DNA from: Candidatus Parvarchaeota archaeon
GTDB lineage: Archaea > Nanobdellota > Nanobdellia > Parvarchaeales > Parvarchaeaceae
Assembly: GCA_023261805.1 (NCBI GenBank)
Contig: JAGDXV010000021.1
Location: 1-49,437, forward strand
Direction of reading: 5' to 3'
DNA: 49,437 nucleotides
How positions within the stretch are numbered: position 1 is the first letter of the stretch; each line of letters opens with the position of its first letter. The notes beneath the pieces were generated by a model, which made no database searches, had not been told where the DNA came from, and worked only from the letters and a program-made list of their open reading frames with translations. A program made the translations under genes and the position numbers. Shown here one piece after another: positions 45,376 to 49,437 of this stretch.

Positions 45376-47450
45376 GCGGAGACTACATAGACAAGTATTA
45401 CCTCAGCGGGGAACTGATACCGCAGGATCTCTATCAGAGTGACGCCCGTATAAGAGAAGAGGTCAAATCATTAGAGTATAAACTTTTCAAGCAGAAGAAC
45501 CCCTCACTTTTCTCAAGGATAATCAGGCTTGGATCCAATACCTTAGGCAGAGTTATAAAGTTTAACATCAATCCAGAGCAGGAGAAGAAGATTAACACGA
45601 TGATTTACCTCATCGGAGGGGACTACGATGCAAGGGAGCTTTATGGTTTCTCAATCTCAGTTCTCATTCTTGGGATGATCATAGGTGCCGCCCTTCTCAT
45701 ATTAGGCCAATACTTAGCAGGCATCGGTGCCATAGCAGCTGGGATCATTCTGATGCCGCTTATACAATCCTATCCAAAAAGAGAATTGAATATTAGGATG
45801 AGCAAGGCATCTAGCGATCTTGTGACTTTTGTTCTATATCTCGTCATATCAATGCGTCAAACCCCAAATTTAGAGACAGCTGTCCAATTTGCGTCAGATA
45901 ACCTTTCAAGCTATCTCGCTTTTGATCTTAAGAAGCTGATTTGGGACACGGCAGCAAGAAAATACAAGAACATAAAAGATGCCTTGGATGATTACTCAAC
46001 AAGATGGGCGAAGACGAGTCCAGCCTTCGTGGATTCGATATTTCTCATCGAGAGTTCGCTTTATCAAAGGGACGAAGAGACAAGACTTGAGCTGTTGGAT
46101 GAGGCATCCAATAGGATCCTGACAGGAACGCTGGAGATGATGAATACATATGCGATGTCCTTGAAGGAGCCTTTGAATATGATATACATGATGGGTATGG
46201 TCCTTCCCGTCCTCGGTCTGGTCCTTGCGCCGATGCTGATGGCTTTTGTAGCCATACCAGATTTCGGTCCTATGCTTTTTGTTGGTTACGATATAATTCT
46301 GCCTTTGATGATATATTTCATGATAAGAGACAGGCTCATCGCCAGACCGGCAGGTTTTGCTCCGCCGGATGTCGACAGGATACCAAACATACCAAAGATA
46401 GGGCACTTTTTTATCAAGATAGGAAAGAAGAAATATGATATCAATGCGATATTCCCAGCTATAGCCGTTTTTGTAGTCTTTCTAGCGGTATTCCTTTATC
46501 TTTCCCCATTGCTCGTAAACTTCTCTCCAGTCCAAGTTTACATCTCTCTCATCCTCACCGCAGGCATAGGCATGTCAATATACACATACCTTAAGCTTTC
46601 AATCTTTCAGATAAAAGCGGTGAGGGATCAGATAGCTTCGATAGAGAATTCATTCGCTGCGGCAACGTTTCAGCTTAGTTCATTCCTGTCGCAGGGGATG
46701 CCGGCAGAGACGGCCATAGTGAAAGTAAGCGAATCGATGAGGAACACTCCAGTATCGACTTTCTTTGATGTCACTGTAAACAACATAAAGCAGTTAGGCA
46801 TGAGTCTTAAAGATGCACTTTTCGATCCGGAGAACGGATCGACGGTTTTCTTTCCATCAGCGATGGTGATCGCTTCTATGAAGGTTTTCATGGAATCGGC
46901 GGAGAAAACCGTCAGGATAGCTGCGATGGCCATGTTATCTATATCAAGGCATCTCACAAATTTGAAGAGGATAGACGATGAGATAAAGAATCTCTTGGAT
47001 GATGTTACATCGGGAATGCGCGTTGAGGTTGGTCTTCTCAGCCCAGTGATGGCGGGTATCGTAGTCGGGATGACAACCCTCATAGGTTCTGTTCTGACTT
47101 CACTTTCATCCTCTATATCATCTATAAGTTCGGATCTTGGAAGCTCATCAGGCCTTGGTGGAGCGAACAGCGCTCTCCCCCTCGCTTTCGGTCTTTTTAA
47201 TCTTTCGGGCGGGGCCATACCACTTTATGTTTTTCAACTTGTCATCGGAATATATCTGATCTTCCTAGGCATCATAATAGGTTATTCGATAGCCAACATA
47301 GACCAACCAAACGATCCGATCGAGATAAGGGAAAAGATAGCCTCTGTCATCTTCAGTTCTATCATAATATATATCCTCATAGCTTTCATCACAACCTTTG
47401 CATTTGCCTCTTTAGGCAGCTCCGTCCTTTCGGCGACTCAGTTCATGTGA
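45354..47450 (+). CDS. Large TadC/ArlJ-like membrane platform protein (two T2SSF-like domains)
   Basis: Overlaps the ATPase gene; two cytoplasmic helical domains (TPNLETAV; QGMPAETAI) between TM bundles. Confidence 0.8.
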   Translation: MARSTKVSGDYIDKYYLSGELIPQDLYQSDARIREEVKSLEYKLFKQKNPSLFSRIIRLGSNTLGRVIKFNINPEQEKKINTMIYLIGGDYDARELYGFSISVLILGMIIGAALLILGQYLAGIGAIAAGIILMPLIQSYPKRELNIRMSKASSDLVTFVLYLVISMRQTPNLETAVQFASDNLSSYLAFDLKKLIWDTAARKYKNIKDALDDYSTRWAKTSPAFVDSIFLIESSLYQRDEETRLELLDEASNRILTGTLEMMNTYAMSLKEPLNMIYMMGMVLPVLGLVLAPMLMAFVAIPDFGPMLFVGYDIILPLMIYFMIRDRLIARPAGFAPPDVDRIPNIPKIGHFFIKIGKKKYDINAIFPAIAVFVVFLAVFLYLSPLLVNFSPVQVYISLILTAGIGMSIYTYLKLSIFQIKAVRDQIASIENSFAAATFQLSSFLSQGMPAETAIVKVSESMRNTPVSTFFDVTVNNIKQLGMSLKDALFDPENGSTVFFPSAMVIASMKVFMESAEKTVRIAAMAMLSISRHLTNLKRIDDEIKNLLDDVTSGMRVEVGLLSPVMAGIVVGMTTLIGSVLTSLSSSISSISSDLGSSSGLGGANSALPLAFGLFNLSGGAIPLYVFQLVIGIYLIFLGIIIGYSIANIDQPNDPIEIREKIASVIFSSIIIYILIAFITTFAFASLGSSVLSATQFM

Positions 47451-47468
47451 TTAAAAAATTCATTCTTT

Positions 47469-48455
47469 TCAGCAAACAACATTCCTAAGTCCGCTACCTT
47501 TTAGCATACCTGATAGGTTTTCTAGCGTCTCATCTATTATCCTCTCAAGCGCTTCATTAGTGTTGTAAGCGATATGTGGAGTAAGGATGACATTGTCGTA
47601 TCTCTTCAATATGCTGTCTTCTAAGGCCAATTTTATAGTGTCATAACTTTCTCCTTTTCTTATGATTTCCATTTCCTTTCCTGCGAACTCTTCTCCCTCT
47701 ATCACATCGAGTGCAGCTCCAGCCAGCGTTTTTGATTCGATCCCATTTATTATGGCTTCAGTGTCCACCACCGCCCCTCTGGATGTGTTAATAAGGTAGG
47801 AGCCCTTTTTCATTCGGAGGATATTGTCCTTATTTATAAGATGATATGTCTCCTTCGTCAGAGGCACATGAAGCGTCACGATATCAGAGGAATTCAATAA
47901 TTCTTCAAGTTCAACCTTGACACCGCCGATACTGTCTATAAGTTGATTGTTTCTGTGTGAATCATACAGGATCCTCATCCCAAACGCTTTGGCTATCTGA
48001 GCCACAATCGTGCCTATCCTTCCCGCGCCTATTATTCCGATGGTTTTTCCATTCAACTCAGAGCCTGGCATGGTGTTTGCTTCACCTCTGCGATTTAGAT
48101 TGATTCCTCTCAAAAGGGAGAGGATCAAGAGGAAGGTGAACTCAGCAACTGTGCGGTCCCCATAGTCCGGAACGTTGCAAACCTTTATTCCTCGTCTTTT
48201 GCATTCATCGATGTCTATGTGGTCGAACCCGGTTGATCTTGTGAGGATCAGCTTCAGATCAGCAAATTTATCAAGTGTTTCCTTTCTTAGTTGGGAGTTA
48301 ATGAAAACGGAGATCACATCTGCGGAATAATCGTCCACCTGCGCGGAATCGACATCAGATCTGTTGATCTTAATGTTTATTTCCTTGTTCTTTTCGGCGA
48401 AGTCATTTATTTTCTTTTCCTCAAGTTCACTTGCATCAAAGAAAACAACCTTCAT
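47469..48455 (-). CDS. D-isomer-specific 2-hydroxyacid dehydrogenase (D-lactate dehydrogenase-like)
   Basis: TRSTGFDHID, GAGRIG, INTSRG, LDVIEGE, TPHIA. Confidence 0.93.
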   Translation of the reverse strand: MKVVFFDASELEEKKINDFAEKNKEINIKINRSDVDSAQVDDYSADVISVFINSQLRKETLDKFADLKLILTRSTGFDHIDIDECKRRGIKVCNVPDYGDRTVAEFTFLLILSLLRGINLNRRGEANTMPGSELNGKTIGIIGAGRIGTIVAQIAKAFGMRILYDSHRNNQLIDSIGGVKVELEELLNSSDIVTLHVPLTKETYHLINKDNILRMKKGSYLINTSRGAVVDTEAIINGIESKTLAGAALDVIEGEEFAGKEMEIIRKGESYDTIKLALEDSILKRYDNVILTPHIAYNTNEALERIIDETLENLSGMLKGSGLRNVVC

Positions 48456-48575
48456 ACAATTTATGTCTGTTTCTACAAATTAATGCCTTTTTGTGGCTGT
48501 AGTCTTCAGCATTTCCAAAGCTAGTAAATATGCTTTTAAATCAATGTTGCTTAGGAAATAATGAGGTGATTTAAA

Positions 48576-48755
48576 ATGGCGGATTTTGTGAGGAAAAGCT
48601 CCGTTAAGGAGGAAGTGAAGAAGGTCGGCAAGGACATGAGGTGTCCTGATGAAACCGTTGAGGGCCTCGATAAATTAGTCAAGCAATTGATAGCTAAGGC
48701 TGTTGAGAGGGCCAAGGCGGATGGTAGGAAGACCGTAAGACCGCACGACTTCTGA
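48576..48755 (+). CDS. Short archaeal histone-fold protein (59 aa, not in the ORF track)
   Basis: MADFVRKSSVKEEVKKVGKDMRCPDETVEGLDKLVKQLIAKAVERAKADGRKTVRPHDF with an RKTxxxxD motif; GAGGTGA RBS at 48563-48569. Confidence 0.9.
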   Translation: MADFVRKSSVKEEVKKVGKDMRCPDETVEGLDKLVKQLIAKAVERAKADGRKTVRPHDF

Positions 48756-48808
48756 ATTCATCCGAAAACTTTGTTGTCTTTTTATTTTAATCTTTTCTTA
48801 TTCTTTTT

Positions 48809-49264
48809 GTGGTTGACATACCTTCAGTACTTGGTGTGGTGATAATAATTGTTGGAGTCATCACTCTCATAAGGATCATCAAGCCGCTTTTGGAAGGGAT
48901 CATAATCGTCGTTGTCATCGTCATCGGCAGTCTCCTTCTCTTTCATTCTGCCCCGATAATAGGCTTGCCAAACTTTCATATGCCCGTATCAACAGGTTTG
49001 AACATTTTTGATGCCCAGCCTGGAAATGGGAACACGACGGATGTAATTGTTTTCAATGCTTACACGTTCTCACTTGATTCATTCACTGCGACACTTAATA
49101 ATAAGCCAGTTGGAGTTCTAGACAAAAACCTTGTGATACCTCCGCTGAAATTTGGTGTTTTGATCCTCAATTCAACGGGCAAAGGGGTGATAACTCTTCA
49201 GGGGATGACGAATATTCTCGGCTTTAACCTTGGGAGTATGACAGCAGAGTACAATTATACATGA
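48809..49264 (+). CDS. Hypothetical membrane protein with a C-terminal beta-rich domain
   Basis: Two N-terminal TM helices, GTG start. Confidence 0.6.
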   Translation: MVDIPSVLGVVIIIVGVITLIRIIKPLLEGIIIVVVIVIGSLLLFHSAPIIGLPNFHMPVSTGLNIFDAQPGNGNTTDVIVFNAYTFSLDSFTATLNNKPVGVLDKNLVIPPLKFGVLILNSTGKGVITLQGMTNILGFNLGSMTAEYNYT

Positions 49265-49266
49265 AA

Positions 49267-49325
49267 TCAGACCGTAGAGACGGGTAATAGTGAAGCTGGA
49301 TCTCCACGGTCATGAATATCATCAA
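49267..49325 (-). ncRNA. Candidate C/D-box-flanked hairpin RNA
   Basis: On the minus strand, TGATGA (49324-49319) and CTGA (49270-49267) flank an 11-bp stem. Confidence 0.3.
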
Positions 49326-49365
49326 TCAAAAGACTTAAATATTCCTACTTCTATAGAATATAACT

Positions 49366-49437
49366 ATGCATACAAACCCCCTTTATACCAATAGAAAATC
49401 ACAGTCAGCCCTAGAATACATGATGACCTATGGCTGG
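49366..49437 (+). CDS. Class III signal peptide (pilin-like) protein, N-terminal fragment at the window edge
   Basis: MHTNPLYTNRKSQSALEYMMTYGW, a prepilin motif. Confidence 0.8.
   Translation, partial: MHTNPLYTNRKSQSALEYMMTYGW

Noticed and set aside
1059..48524. Numerous 60-180 aa ORFs antisense to or nested in recognised genes (e.g. 17734-18219, 26203-26739, 36187-36708, 46670-47218)
   Set aside because: Shadow ORFs of well-supported genes, with no motifs or RBS support.

Overview
Gene-dense chromosomal segment of a small-genome archaeon. The gene set, the fragmented ribosomal operons and the class III signal peptides of the 'K(S/A)Q(S/A)(A/S)LE(Y/F)xxTYG' type suggest a DPANN lineage, possibly Parvarchaeales-like (inference). 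Replication genes include cdc6/orc1 with an adjacent AT-rich, ORB-containing candidate origin, MCM and two RPA-type OB-fold genes. Metabolic genes include 2-oxoacid:ferredoxin oxidoreductase alpha/beta and a partial complex-I cluster (nuoA-B-C-D-H-I). Also present are two type IV pilus ATPase/TadC modules with pilin-like genes, ribosomal and transcription genes, and an origin-proximal three-gene module (Gly-rich/coiled-coil secreted protein, Zn-finger-wHTH protein, HerA/FtsK-like ATPase). Several short real genes are missing from the ORF track: uL29, rpo12, sec61-beta, a histone and two partial pilin-like genes. The most striking feature is a circularly permuted tRNA-Lys(UUU) gene at 11965-12064. 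Its 3' half lies upstream of its 5' half, separated by a single nucleotide, and the flanks fold into a canonical bulge-helix-bulge whose cut sites rejoin the tRNA at position 30/31. Two ordinary tRNAs (Val-CAC, Gln-CUG) and a few structured non-coding candidates are also present. No CRISPR array, rRNA, transposase or integrase was seen.
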